Shown here one piece after another: positions 1 through 12,654 of a DNA stretch of 64,000 nt. The notes under the pieces are model-generated. The model did no database searches. It worked only from the letters and a program-made list of their open reading frames with translations, and was not told where the DNA came from. The position numbers were made by a program, and so were the translations under genes. Source of the stretch: Isurus oxyrinchus (Eukaryota); assembly GCA_026770705.1 (NCBI GenBank), contig JANJGN010000011.1, forward strand, positions 149,916,001-149,980,000. The letters run 5' to 3'. Numbering within the stretch: the stretch's first letter is position 1; every line of letters begins with the position of its first letter.

Positions 1-234
1 TATGAACCCCCCCCCCCCCCACCAATCCACTGCCTATGGTCCCTCATGCCCTCCATGCCAATTCATGGCATTTCCATGCCCATTTATCCAGTATATGCCC
101 TGTATAGAAGCAGTGAACTCTATAGTAACAATGGCATGTGTGCAACTGCTTAAAAACAACCAGTCATAATTTTCTTTAAACAAACTGCTGTTGCTACAAC
201 CCTATAAAAGTGTCAAAAATCAAACAAACCTTTA

Positions 235-876
235 GGGCAGGATTTTACGCATCAGCGAGCAGGGGCGGGTCCCACTCACTGACATGTAAAATGACGTGTG
301 GTGACGTTGGGTGGAATTCCGACGTCACTGCGCCCCATTTAAATTTTAAGGTAGGCCGGGGCTCAGCAAAATCGGCCATTGACAGAGTGAATTAAGTAAT
401 TAATGGACCTGCCCGTCCAACCTTAAGTTTGGCGGGCAGGCCAGGAGCCCCGGCGTGAATTAGAAACAGCATCAAACCTCATCCACGGACGGGATGAGTT
501 TTCATGTAGATTTTAAAAAATTTTAATAAAGCTTTTGTAAAAATTATGGACATGTCCCAACTCATGTGGCATTGTCACATGAGGGGACATGTTAGGGAAA
601 TTTTATTTTTCTATTTTTAGCTTTTTCACATTTACAGCCAATCTCCCTGAGGCTGCACTTAGCCTCAAGGAGATGAGTGCGATGTTTCATGCGCATGCGC
701 GAAAGAGCGCACTCTCGATTTTGGGAATCCCTCCTGCCCGCACAGGGCGCTTCTGTGCAGACGTCACGCTGGGCGGGCCTTAATTGGCCTCCCCCACGCA
801 AAATGGCACCGATCGGAAGCCTGCCCGCAAGCGCCCGCCCATCAACTTTGCCCCCGACGGGAGGAATATCCTGACC
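235..876 (+). mobile_element. Non-autonomous TIR element, PIF/Harbinger-like (family A)
   Basis: Ends GGGCAGGATTTT...AATATCCTGACC with TTA on both flanks. Homologous to 10783, 26175 (inverted) and 44425. Confidence 0.8.
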
Positions 877-1059
877 TTAGAGTATCAATAATAACAGCTA
901 TAAGCACTTCACACTTCTTTATCTTGTGCTAATAAACATTGAGTCATTAACACTATCGATCACAGAAAAAAAGCTTATTATAACATTACAACGCTGTCAA
1001 TCAGGCAAAATTTTCCCTTCTCCCTACCTGTGTGAGTCTGGGTTCTCAGCCAAGCCTCA

Positions 1060-1578
1060 GGTCTGGGAAAGTGTAGAGGGCAGGAGAGATTAAATGACAA
1101 AGGTGTCATGGAGCAAAAGACAAAGGGTGTGGTAATTGTTGTAGTGAAGATTCCCTTTTGCCAATTGCCAGTCTGTATCTTGTTTTCATGTTTTTGCTTC
1201 AGACAGAGCTCTTCATTATTCTGCCATTGACGCTCACTCTGAACCAACGCTTTGTTTCTTTACCACATTATTTTCACTCCCAGATTACCCCTTCCTTTGT
1301 CTTTTGTTCCATGGTATCTTTGTCATTTACTCTCTCCTACAGTCTGCCCTTTCCCAGGCCATCCCTATGTTTTTTAACTGCACCCCACACCCCCTCCTTA
1401 CAACAGCATGAAACACATTGCATTTCTACATCCTTTCAACTTTAAAGAAGTCATGTTCGACTGAAATGATAACTTTATTTCTTTCTCCACAGATGCTGCC
1501 TGACCTGCTGAGTATTTCTAGCAGTTTCTGTTGTTATTTCAAATTTCCAGCACCTGCAGTATTTTGCTTTTATTTTAG
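1060..1578 (+). mobile_element. Degenerate Penelope-like 3' region with a short inverted duplicate (~1062-1137 vs ~1284-1360)
   Basis: Ends in the family terminus ctccacagatgctgcctgacctgctgagtattt...tattttgcttttat. The upstream segment is its reverse complement. Confidence 0.7.
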
Positions 1579-1730
1579 GCTAAACTTGCCAACGAATTAC
1601 CACAATACTTCCTATCCGAGCCTAATGCTTTTATATAGAAGGATGCTCCTGAGCCTGTCTTCTTACCAATCTTGCTGACCAAGCCATTGAATACTGAAGC
1701 CCCCCTTTAGTCTAATGGTCATGTATTAGT

Positions 1731-1930
1731 TAACAAAGGCAAAATACTGGGGATGCTGGAAACATGAAATAAAAATGGAAAATGCTGGAAATATTTAAGT
1801 CTGGCAGCACCTGTGGAGAAAGAAACACATTTGGCGTTTCAAATTTGATCAAGACCTTTCTGCAGAACTGAAGGATGATAGATATGTATCAGGTTTTGAC
1901 CAAGTGAAAGAGGAGAGGGTTGGAGGGCTA
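1731..1930 (-). mobile_element. Degenerate Penelope-like 3' end
   Basis: gcaaaatactggggatgctggaaac...gcagcacctgtggagaaagaaac, homologous to 46922-47090. Confidence 0.7.
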
Positions 1931-3024
1931 AATTACTGGGTAACTGGCTGTTGAAGTACTTTTCCTTATCTGAGGCACATGTTGACCCCTCTTGAGCAAC
2001 AGTTAGCATTGTACAGATTTAATATTGCCACATTCAAATGCCAAACATCACTGATCTTGAATGGTAAGTAAGATGATTCAAGGACCTCTCATTTTAACCA
2101 CCGTATAATTCTCTAAGTATCTTGCTGATTCAAATGTTCCACAACTTCTGAAAAATAGATGGGTGTACATTCTTAAAATATTAGTGTGCAAGTGAAATTT
2201 GCTGATTGTCATGTATAATATGTGAAGTTCTTGTTGGTTGAGAAATTCGGAGATCTAAGCCCCAGCTCAGCAAAAAATTGCATTAAAGTGTATTTTCTAT
2301 TCCAATCGCAAGAAACTTTTGCATCAGATGTGATGAAAAATCCTTCACTTCACTGTAAAGCCCTGAGACACAGTGATTGCTGGTATCTTTCTCCAGTGGA
2401 GGAATCGTAAACACCACAAGATGTGGCAGATGCCTGAATTGTTGCTCCCAAAGTAAATCTTGTATAACATTTAGTGAGGCGACATGTGTTAAATTTACTT
2501 TTGTCCCTCCAATTTTCCCTCCATCTGTCCTGAGTTTACTGTCCCAGGGAGGGTGACTGCTCAACTGAACCAGGACAATATCCATGGGCTAACATAGCCA
2601 TGTAGACCATTGTAACTGACCCCAATATTCTCACCCAGCATCCACATTTATAGGGGTAACCCGTGACATGGGGTGGCTGCCTTAAATAGGCGATATTGAG
2701 TCGGGAGTTGTTTTGCATTTCTTCTGACTTTATTTTCATTGACCCCAATAGAAATAAAAATTGGGGAAGATGTAAATGCACCGCTGATTTACTAACACCC
2801 ACTTTACACTATTATGCAAAGTCAAAATCAATCTCTTAGTCCCTAATTTATTCTCATTCAGCACTGTTCATAAATTGAACAATTATCTTAATTTTAAATA
2901 TTATTGAGATAAGTGCCGTGGTCGTGTTTGCAATGTTAATAGCAAGAACTGATTTACTAACTAGGGTAGATGATATAGAGTTCGTCATTTTACAAGCGTA
3001 TATTTACTTTAATTCTGGTGTCTC

Positions 3025-3320
3025 TCAACAAAAACAACTTGTCTTTATGTAGTCGTGCTTTTGACATCCCCAAGGCACTTTACAGGGAACAAGTATCAAA
3101 ATTTTGACATCAAGCCGCATAAGAAAGAGAGACAGAGAGATTTAGGGAAGGAATACCAGAGCTTAGGGTCTGGACAGCTGAAGGCAACATTGAGTGTTTT
3201 AAAATTGGGGATGCTCAGAAATCTCAGAAGGTTGTAGGGCTGGAGGAGCTTACAGGGAAGCGTTTTTCCTGAGCACTGCAAGTCTAAATGAGCTACTTGA
3301 ACCCACTGGGATGCAATTTT
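3025..3320 (-). mobile_element. L2 LINE 3' fragment
   Basis: Homologous to 15612-16010. Confidence 0.7.
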
Positions 3321-3329
3321 CTCATGCAA

Positions 3330-3765
3330 TTAGAAATAGGAGCGCGAGTAGGCTGTAGAGCCTGTCAAGCCTGCTCCACCATTTCTTATAATTGTGGCTG
3401 ATCTTTGGCTTCAGCTCCACTTTCCCTCCCACCCCACATATCCCTCGATTCCCTGAGAGACCAAAAATCTGTCTATCCCGGTCTGAGATGTATTCACTGA
3501 TGGATCATCTGCAGCCCTCCAGGGTAGTGAATTCCCCAAGATTCACAACCCTTTGAGTGAAGTAATTTCTGCTCATCTCAGTCCTAAATGATCGGCCCAT
3601 CATCCTGAGACTGTGCCCCCGTGTTTTAGATTCCTGGACCTGGAGCGGAAACAATTTCTGAGGGTCTGCCCTTTCAAGCCCTTCAAAATCTTGTGTGTTT
3701 CAATGAGATCGCCTCTCATTCTGCTAAACTGCAGAGAATATAGGCCCAATTTACTCAGCCTCTCT
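3330..3765 (-). mobile_element. CR1 LINE 3' fragment
   Basis: agattcacaaccctttgagtgaag..tttctgctcatctcagtcctaaatg consensus block. Confidence 0.8.
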
Positions 3766-5717
3766 GTGTTGGGTTAGGGCATTATCCTTTCACTCATGGG
3801 AGAAATGTTCTGATCTAATCCAGCCTGACGTGGTTAAAAACTGAACTCACTGCCTTGCTTTGAGGGAGAGTACAAATTTGAGTTTGTCACCTGAGATCGC
3901 TCTTGCCCCCACTGCATCCCTAGGCAGAGATTATATTACTGGACTTGTAAACCAGAGGCCTGGGCTAATAATTCAGAGAACGTGAGTTGAAACTTCACCA
4001 TGGAGCAGTCTGAGAGCTTGAATTCAGAAAAAATCTGGATGGGAAAGGCTGGCATCATTAAAAGTGACTATGAAGTTGTCGGATTGTAATTTTAAAAAAA
4101 AAATGTTTGCTCATGTCCTGTAGGGAAAGAATCTTGCTGTCCCATGGTCTGGTCTATATGTGACTCCAGTCCCACACCCATGTGATTGATGCTTTATCTG
4201 CTTTCTGAAGTAGCCGAGCCAGTTGTATCAAACTTGAGGTGGACGCTAAATGCTCGTGACATTCACACCCTGAGAATAAATCATTTAAAACAGGAGGCCT
4301 AATGAGATGAAGTAGCCTGAGAGTTTATCAATAATGCAGAATTAAAAACAAAACTGAGCATGACCTTGGTCCAAATTTCTGTGCTAATCTGTAAGTTGGT
4401 CCCTTTGTTTCCCCACATGACAAGTTCCTGATCATGTCGATATTAAAGGGAGTGTACGCAGAATGGAGAGTAGGTGCTCTGCACGTGAGAGAAAGGCATT
4501 TTCAGTGGTCACTATATATGGACGGTGATTATTTATCATTGGTGTGCAGGGAAACCATTGTCCACACTCATGTTTCATTCATATCTAGCAGTACAACAGG
4601 CTATCCAACGAAAGCATTCCGGTTTTTATCGCACTTTCTTCCTCCTTTCATTTGCTAGGAACAGTACACAGGGGAAATATTGACTTGCACGCACACCGTA
4701 AGGTTACAGTGGGTGAAATTCTTACTCTGTGCTGGGGGCCAGAAAACTGAATATTTTACAGCAGAAGCCCAGTGGGAATACTAGTGTGGAGAGTCGGGGA
4801 AGGGAAGAAAATATTTGGTTAAAGGCAGGGCCAGGAGTATAATTCAGGGGCTAGAAGGGTATTCGGGCAGTGGACAACTTGGGTTTCTGCTCTCCTGTAG
4901 CATTTGGTGCAAAAAAACCTTGTTCAAAACAAACACAAAGCTCATCAAAATCATGCCTGGGTGAAGTTGACAGAAGACAATGGACTGGAAAAGATCAGCT
5001 GAATACGTAAACTTGACTTTGATTATATAAGCCCTTAAGGTGATGCACTTCTATCAGTGAAAAGCTGTAATTGAAGGCAGCCCTGTTCTTCAGATCGTTA
5101 GAATGATGAATTGATTGAATATGGTGAGTTGTGAAACGTTTGTTATGAAATCAATTGTAAGAGGGCGGTGAGGGGGGATAAAAAACATCACCAAAGGCTT
5201 ATGACTTTTTTTTCCAACAGTTCATTAATCATCCATTTCTCAAAGCTCTTCCTCACTCAGAACTGTTCCATTTCTGCACGACATGGACACCTTTATGTGA
5301 GGCAGCTGCTTTCTCTTTGAGCAATGCTTCTTCAAGGGGGCTCCGTTCCATCCGTTCATCCTTCAATGTCTGTCAGTTATGTAGCCTGAGGCATTTGTAC
5401 TTCTCGTATCCCTGGCTGGATTCCGAAAGGGAGCTTGCGTTTCAAACAAAGCTGGAGGAGGGCAAAATCCTCTTGGGCCTCAGAGCAAAGAGGCACAGTA
5501 ACTAGGGCGCCCGTGCCAGAGCACCAGGTTAGCCTATTGACACTCTGGCATAGCTAGCAGCAAACCCAGGGGTTGCAACAGTCTTAATCATTGTGTGCTT
5601 GCAATAACTGACGTTTGTTTCAGACTTCTCTGCTGGGCTGCGGGGGTGAGGGGTGGTGGGAGGGAAGAAAGTACAAAATGGCCCTCTCACACATGACTAT
5701 TTTTCACTTCCTCACAG

Positions 5718-5816
5718 TGCTCGGACAGCAAAGACACCTTTGAGAACATAATGTTAATGCTTGATGGGATGCCGACAGCAAGAGTCAAACCAGAGCTTCT
5801 GGAATCTGAACGAGGG
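5718..5816 (+). CDS. KLF12: KLF12 N-terminal coding exon (99 bp, phase 0/0)
   Basis: Acceptor ttttcacttcctcacag|, donor GGG|gtaagc. Translates CSDSKDTFENIMLMLDGMPTARVKPELLESERG, matching recalled human KLF12 NINTFENRMLMLDGMPAVRVKTELLESEQG. Splices in frame to 57380. Confidence 0.93.
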
Positions 5817-6419
5817 GTAAGCCGAGGTTTCCAGACAATTCCCTTTTCCCCGATAGCAGTAATTATTTCCAGACCTTTCTGAAGCCAGTCTCCTCACAGC
5901 CTGAGCCACAAAGTTCACATCCATCTTCACCCCTCCCCCATCTCTGATGATGTGTAGTCTGAAATCCAGAGAACATGCAGCCACGCCAACATGATATCAC
6001 CAACTCTTAAAGTTGAGAAAAATCTGTTAGTGGAGTATGTTTTAAATTGGCTGGAGTACAGCTTTTCTTTCGTGTTTTTTTTTAAATGTTCCTTTCTGGA
6101 CATTTCTCTCAGACTTGACCTAGGATTAAGAAGTCATATCTAAAAGTCTTGCAGCTAGCTCACTTGAAAGTCTCACACTTATTTCACACTTACGCCTGAT
6201 TTATGAATATGTGTTGATAAAACATAAAAAAAAAGAATACTAAGTAAATAGGGAAGCTACGATGAAAAAACAGCATTCAAAAAAATTACAGACTGTATAT
6301 CAGTAATTTCCTGCCGCTGCCTTCTAGCCATTAAGATTGGTAGCTGCCGAACTGCAAACTTTCCTTAACCACAGTAGTTAGCCTTTTACTTGCTCCATCA
6401 GCTCTGGTCTCTTAAGTAT

Positions 6420-6705
6420 CCCCAGTATGAGTTGCACCATCTTTGAGAGCTGTGCCTGTAGCAGCCAAGGCCCTAAGCTCTGGAATTCCCTTCCTAAACC
6501 CATCTGCCTCTCTAACTCTTTCTTGCACTCTAAGACAATGCTGAAAACTACCTCTCTAATTAAGCTTTTGGTCCCCCGTCCTAATATCTCCTAATGTGAC
6601 TTGATATCAAATTCTGTTTGATAATTGTTCCTGTGTATTGCTTTGGAATGTTTTACTGTGCTAAAGGTGCTAGATAAATGTAAATTACTGCTTTTGTTGT
6701 TGATG
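6420..6705 (+). mobile_element. L2 LINE 3' end
   Basis: ggccctaagctctggaattcccttcctaaacc...aaaggtgctagataaatg. Confidence 0.72.
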
Positions 6706-7097
6706 TATTTATTAATGGTGTTTAAAATGACATGCTGCGCTAAACACAGTCACATCTTAACAGTGTGTTACATAGCCATATCACTGCTGTTGTGACAAAC
6801 CAGCATATCGTTGGGCATAGTGCAAGCAATACCACAGAAAATCCACCAGTAATATTTACTGAGCCAACAGTATTGGCATTCAATAGTATGTGTGTTAACA
6901 TTTACTGCCTTTGCCAAAAGAAATTAATAATTAGAGAATACAATTGATAGGCTCATAAAAAATCCACAAGGGCATGAATTATGATGTTAGTGTGGGGCAT
7001 ATCAAATAGGCTGCTGCTATTATCATGGTTTAGTGTTGATAGTTTGCAGTGGAACAGTAAAGGATGCTGGCCAACGTTCTATGGCAGAGTGTAACAG

Positions 7098-7530
7098 TAT
7101 CAACAACTTACATTTGTATGGCAATTTTAATGTAGCAACACACCCAAGGCACTTCAGGAGTGTTATCAAGCAAAGTTTGACATTGAGCCACACAAAAATC
7201 TATTAAGACCAATGAGCAAAACCCTCAAAAGAAGTAGGCTTCAAGGAGCATCGTAATAGAGGAGAGGGAGGCAGAGAGATGGAGAGGTTGAGGGAGGAAA
7301 TTCACAGGCTTAGGGCCTTTGCAGCTGAAGACACAGCCGGCAAGGTTGGGGAGGTGTAAGAAGCTAGAACTGGAGGAATCCAGGTATCTCAGAGGGTTAC
7401 AGGGCTGGAGGAGGTTATAGCGTTGGGGAGGAACAAAGCCTTGGGGGGATTTGAAATCAAGGGAACTTTAAAATTGAGGCCTGTTGGTCTGGGAGCTGAT
7501 GTGTAAGTCAGCGGGCACAGGTGAATGAAA
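7098..7530 (-). mobile_element. L2 LINE 3' fragment
   Basis: Homologous to 15612-16040. Confidence 0.75.
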
Positions 7531-7779
7531 GGGTTACAACTAAGGAATAAGTAAATTAAAATGCAAGCTTTGCAGTGTTTATTTTATTAATATGGCAAGA
7601 GACAATGTCATGTTTTTGTACAGGGCCTGAATTGCTAAAGTCAACAGAGATTGCGGACAAAAGAATTCTGTCACACAATGTGGTTTTATTCCACTTATGT
7701 CCAATATTTCAAGATCATGATGCTGGGTTCCAGCTGGTTCTCCATCTGGTGGGTGAGACCCCTTATTGTGCCAGTCCAT

Positions 7780-8210
7780 CTCTCAGTTGGTACCACTCGT
7801 CCCTTTGAGGTTATAGGTTTGAGTCCCATTCCAGGACTTTAACACAAAAATCAAGGTGGACACTTCAGTGTAGTACTGAGGGAGGGCTGCATTATCAGAG
7901 GAGGCATGAAACCGAGACCCGTACACCCCCTCAAATAGATGTAAAAGATCCCACAGTGCCATTTTGAAGAAGAGCAGGTGAGTTATCTCCAGTCTGTTGA
8001 CCAATATTTACCCCTCAATCAACATCACTAAAACAGATTATCCGGCCATTATTACATTTCTGCTTGTCGGAGCTGACTGCGCACAAATTGGCTGCCATGT
8101 TTCCTGCATTACCAAAGTGACGACATTTCAGAAAGACTTCATTGTCTGTAAAGCGCTTTGAGACATCTGGTGGTTGTGAAAGGTGTTATAATAATGAAAG
8201 TCTTTTCTTT
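7780..8210 (+). mobile_element. DeuSINE (SacSINE1/AmnSINE1-like)
   Basis: Deu-domain-like taaaagatcccacagtgccattttgaagaagagcag...aatatttacccctcaatcaacatcactaaaacagattat, L2-type tail, and a B-box-like gtttgagtccc. Confidence 0.82.
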
Positions 8211-8825
8211 GCCCAGAGAATAGTTAGAATGTGAAAACCGGTATCCCAAGGAGTAGTTGAAGCAAACAGCATAGATGCATCTAAGGAAGCTAGATAAACA
8301 CACAAGGGAGAAAAGCTTAGATGAAGTAGGGGGGAAAGCATAAACGCCAACACGTACCAGTTGGGCTAAATGACCTGTGCTGCACATTCTGCACTTCTGT
8401 GTAATGCTTGCAGTTCATTCAAGCTGTTAACTTGGTGATTGGAACATTCTCCTCCACCTCTCCATCTTTTGTCTCTTTTGCCATAAAACAGGGTTCTCTT
8501 ACCTTGTAGTTTTCAATCCCTTGCACCGTTTTTTTTTCTTTGTTGATTGGCTTGTGTACTTCCCGTATTTTCAAGACTCTGCCTGTGTGTCAATATTTGC
8601 CAGTGAATGTAAGTGAATTCACACTGGTAAACTCATCACAAATTCAGATGGATGTTTTTCCCCAGTACACAACAGTTATGGTGGCTCTCTTACTGTTCAT
8701 TAATCAATATGGTACCCAATATGCCAACCAACATAAAAGAGTTGATGCCAGCAAATTGAACATTTTTCTGACAGCCGTGTGTTTTTGGACTATTGCTTAA
8801 CTGTTCGTATTGACGATTAGAAAAA

Positions 8826-9278
8826 TGAAAGAAAAGAAAGAAAAGCTTGCATTTATATAGTGCCTTTCATGACCACAGGACATTCCAAACTGGTTTCAAG
8901 CCAATGAAATACTTTTGAAGCGTAGTCACTGTTGTAATGCAGGAAATGCGGCAGCCAATTTCTGCACAGCAAGCTTCCACAAAAGGCAATGTGATAATGA
9001 CCAGATAGACAGTTTTTATTGAATGAGGATAAATATTGGCCGGGACACTGGGGAGAGTGCCATACCCCCACTCTGCTCTTCTTTGAAATAGCACCCTAAG
9101 ATCTTTTACATCCACCTGAGAGGGCCTTGGGTTAACATTTAATCCAAAAGACAGAATCTCCAACAGTACAGAACTCCCTCGGTGCTACTGCACTGAAGTG
9201 CCAGCCTAGATTATTCTGCTCTAGTCCTGGAGTGGGAGTTTAACCTACAACCAACTGACACAGAGGCTTGAGCACATT
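8826..9278 (-). mobile_element. DeuSINE (SacSINE1-like)
   Basis: Reverse complement of 7780-8210. Confidence 0.82.
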
Positions 9279-10782
9279 TGCTTACTGCAAGAGGTGTTAG
9301 ATTGGCTGCAATATCGTTTTTGCAAATGCAATTTACAGATTGTCAACATTTTACTGTTATTAAAACTTTATAATGTCAACAAAAGTCACTTGTAATACCA
9401 AATACAATTTGGAATTCAGTGGTGCAAGTGAGCCTCTAATTACATCTTTGCTCTCTGCTTCATACAAGAACGCAGCCAACTGTCTTCCAAGACACTTTGC
9501 CAAATCAACAGTAGCTCAGTAAAGCCTCATCATGCAGGTGACCTGTAGATGAACCTGCAAATAATCCCTCAAATCCCTCAGAAACCACAATAGGCGCTTC
9601 CCAAAGCATGATTACGCAAGCATTTCCGTATGGGAAGTTTAGTGGCAACTCGAGGTAAAAGAAATTAAAACATTTGGAGTAAAAGAAATAACCATTTTCA
9701 CCCAAAGCAAACAAGCTTTACTCTTTTTGCAATCTTTATCTGATTCTCAGGAAAATGCTAGTCTGTCTATTTGTGACTCCATTTCTGGAATATATACGTT
9801 TAAGTACACTGGAAAGGCAACACAAGGCGCTCTCAACTTCAGTCTAAGTCAGACAATTATTTTGATAGCATTTCACATCACACCTGTTAGGCAATTGATA
9901 CTGGCCTGGTAAAAACATTTGCTATATCATCATTAGACAGTGTAAAAACTTACAAAACAATAGTTGATGGCCATAAGTATTCAGTGAATGAGAATAAGTG
10001 CAATGATCATAGACAAACATATCTTGTGATTTCTCTTCAAATACTACAGATATTAAATCTAAAAAATCCAATTAATATTAATTTATGATACAACTATTAA
10101 CTTAGAGAAAACCGTGGAAACAACTCAGTGTTGGATTCGAGAACCAATGACTAGATTATTTGAACAAATAGTTGCTATCAGGAAATTAGATTTATACTTC
10201 TAAACTTACAATAAAACAGCAGCTTCAACAGTGACAGAATGTTAGCAGTTGCTCTTCAGTGAACTGAAAATGTTTCTAATCTTCTAAAGTTCTTAAAGCA
10301 AAATGTCAAAATTCTTTGACACAGCAAAAGCATGTGGACGGTCATTGATTTGCCTGCGAAAATTTAAAATGAAACGCTTTATTCTGTGCAGTTGCCCTAT
10401 TGACATGTAATAAAAATATTCAGATCCTGGTCACATTCTCAATCGTTTTCTCATTTCCTTCAAAGGTGTTCCTGTATTTTCACACAATTGTCTTTGAAGC
10501 GTGGTTTCTTTGCTGCATCATCATTTTGATTCTAAATATGAGTCTGGGCGCACTTGTTCAAATTTCAAAGAAAGCAATTTGTGTGTGAATACAGTACAGC
10601 GGTTTTCACTTCTTAAAATTAACATCCTATTCCGATGGTCTTTCCTGTAAATTACACAATAGGTTGACAGGAAAGGATTGTCTTCTTTTAGGCAATTTGC
10701 ATATTTAAAGATTGGGTTCGATGATGTGATGGATTATTGTTTGAGCCCTGTTTATGTGTGTGTATAAGAAGCGTGTATCCAT

Positions 10783-11343
10783 GGCCTGAATTTTACCTTT
10801 GGTGTGCGGGTGCGCGCCCATCAAACCGGGATATAAATATGATACGCAATGATGTCGGGTGTGCTTCCCGATGTCATCGTGCACTCGCGCGATATTTCGT
10901 TTGGCGCGCGCGCGCCAGAGTCAGCTGTGTATCGCCAATAATTGAAAGGCCTATTAAGGCCTTTAAGGACCTCATTAACTTGAAATTTATGCCGCCTGTT
11001 GGCGGGTAGGCAGAAAGGCCAAGAGGCCTTTACGTTTTTTAGGAAACCTCATCCCGCTCGTGCTAATACTCATTAAATAAAACCTTTATTTTGACATTAA
11101 AAACATGTCCCATCTCATGAGGGGACGTTTCATTCAATTTTTATTGCATTTATTAATTTTTTTTAAAAAGCACTTCCATCTCCTCGAGGCAGCTCCGTGC
11201 CTCAGGGAGATTGAAGCGCTCTTTCATGCGCATGCGTGAACTGCGCGCTAGGCCCGGCTCTCTCTCCTACCCTGCCCATACCTGGCTCCCCAACTACCCT
11301 GCCCCCTCCTGCCGAGCACACCTGACAAGGACAAAATTTGGGT
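10783..11343 (+). mobile_element. Harbinger-like non-autonomous element (family A relative)
   Basis: Shares aaacctcatcc, catgtcccatctcatg, cctcagggaga and gcgcatgcg blocks with 235-876. Degenerate TIRs. Confidence 0.72.
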
Positions 11344-11371
11344 ACATGTTTTCTTATTTAAAGGAAACTAT

Positions 11372-12631
11372 TGTTATAGTGTGAAGTTTATAAGATTATT
11401 ATATTTTGGGACTGTACTTTTAAATTTGGGGAGGGAGGTCATGTGACCTGTTCTGAATTACATCTGACGGTAAGCCTGGGAGGTTTGATTGTTAGAGATC
11501 AAAGAAAGGCTTAGATTTTTTTACTGGAAAGGAAGTGAAGGTATTTATGCTTGGAGATAATGGCAGCAGTCTGAGTTTACAATTAGACTGAAAGTCTCCC
11601 AAAGTTACAGAAATGTGTTGTTGGTGTCAGGTTGTAAACAGTTGTGCTGTGAACTGTCTATTTACTTCTAAGATGAAAGGGAGTTGGGATTGAGAATAGC
11701 TAATTAGCATTTAAACCTGGCTGTAAGGTTAATATGTTTCACATTGTCATGGGGAAGATGCAGAGGCAGCTATTTTTGAGATTAGGTTACAGGCTTCCTT
11801 GCACATCAGGGAATATCACGGACAGACAGCAGAGGTTCTGTGTGGTGAACAGGGAGAAAAGGCTGCTTGGCTACCTCTGCCAGATGCGGGGAGTGGGGAG
11901 ATGGTCTCTAGTCGAAGAGATGGATCCTGCAGCCATTTAAGGATCATGAGAGATTTGTAGTGGCATGGCCAGGGGCAAGAAGAATCATCGGAACAGGTTT
12001 TATTGCCAATGTCGGATTTAAGGAGCTCCGGAAAACCGAGGAAAGCACATGGAGACGATCACCTGAAGCTACTACTCGACAAGACAGAGATACAGAAACT
12101 CATTGGAAGCTGGAGCTATTGTGGACTGTTTCCTCGAAGGACTGTAATTCAGTGGAGAGTGCAATGGGTGTTGAGTATAAAAGGGGAACATCATTTTCCA
12201 TAGTTTAAAGTATAAATTGCCTAAGAAAAAGAAAATAGGGTTTAGCTATTGTGTTTTTTATTATAGATGAAAAGCAGAAAATGCTGGAAAAACTCAGCAG
12301 GTCTGACAGCATCTGTGGGGAGAGAAACAGAGTTAACGTTTCGAGTCCGTATGTGAGTCTTCAGAGCTCTGAAGAGGAATCATACAGACTCAAAACATTA
12401 ACTCTTTCTCTCTCCACAGATGCTGTCAGACCTGCTGAGTTTTTACAGCACTTTCAGTTTTTATTTCAGATTTCCAGCATCAGCAGTATTTTGCTTTTAT
12501 CTTAGTGATTTTTATGAATTATTTGTTACAGTAAAAGTTTTAAAACATGAAATCTTTGTGTCAATCTTTGGGCTAATAAATAGAAGTTTGAACCTCTTTA
12601 AAAGTTATCTGTCTTTCTGGAGCTCATAACA
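11372..12631 (+). mobile_element. Solo LTR (Gypsy/ERV-like)
   Basis: TGTTAT...ATAACA termini, perfect 4-bp TSD CTAT (11368-11371 and 12632-12635). Interrupted by the Penelope mini-palindrome. Confidence 0.82.
12265..12502. mobile_element. Palindromic Penelope-derived mini-element (two inverted 3' ends, degenerate hammerhead on each strand)
   Basis: Dyad centre TCTTCAGAGCTCTGAAGA (~12358-12375). Arms match the 3' terminus of the 46.9-50.1 kb element. Nested inside a solo LTR. Confidence 0.85.
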
Positions 12632-12654
12632 CTATTTCCTCTAGGTGGGGAGTT

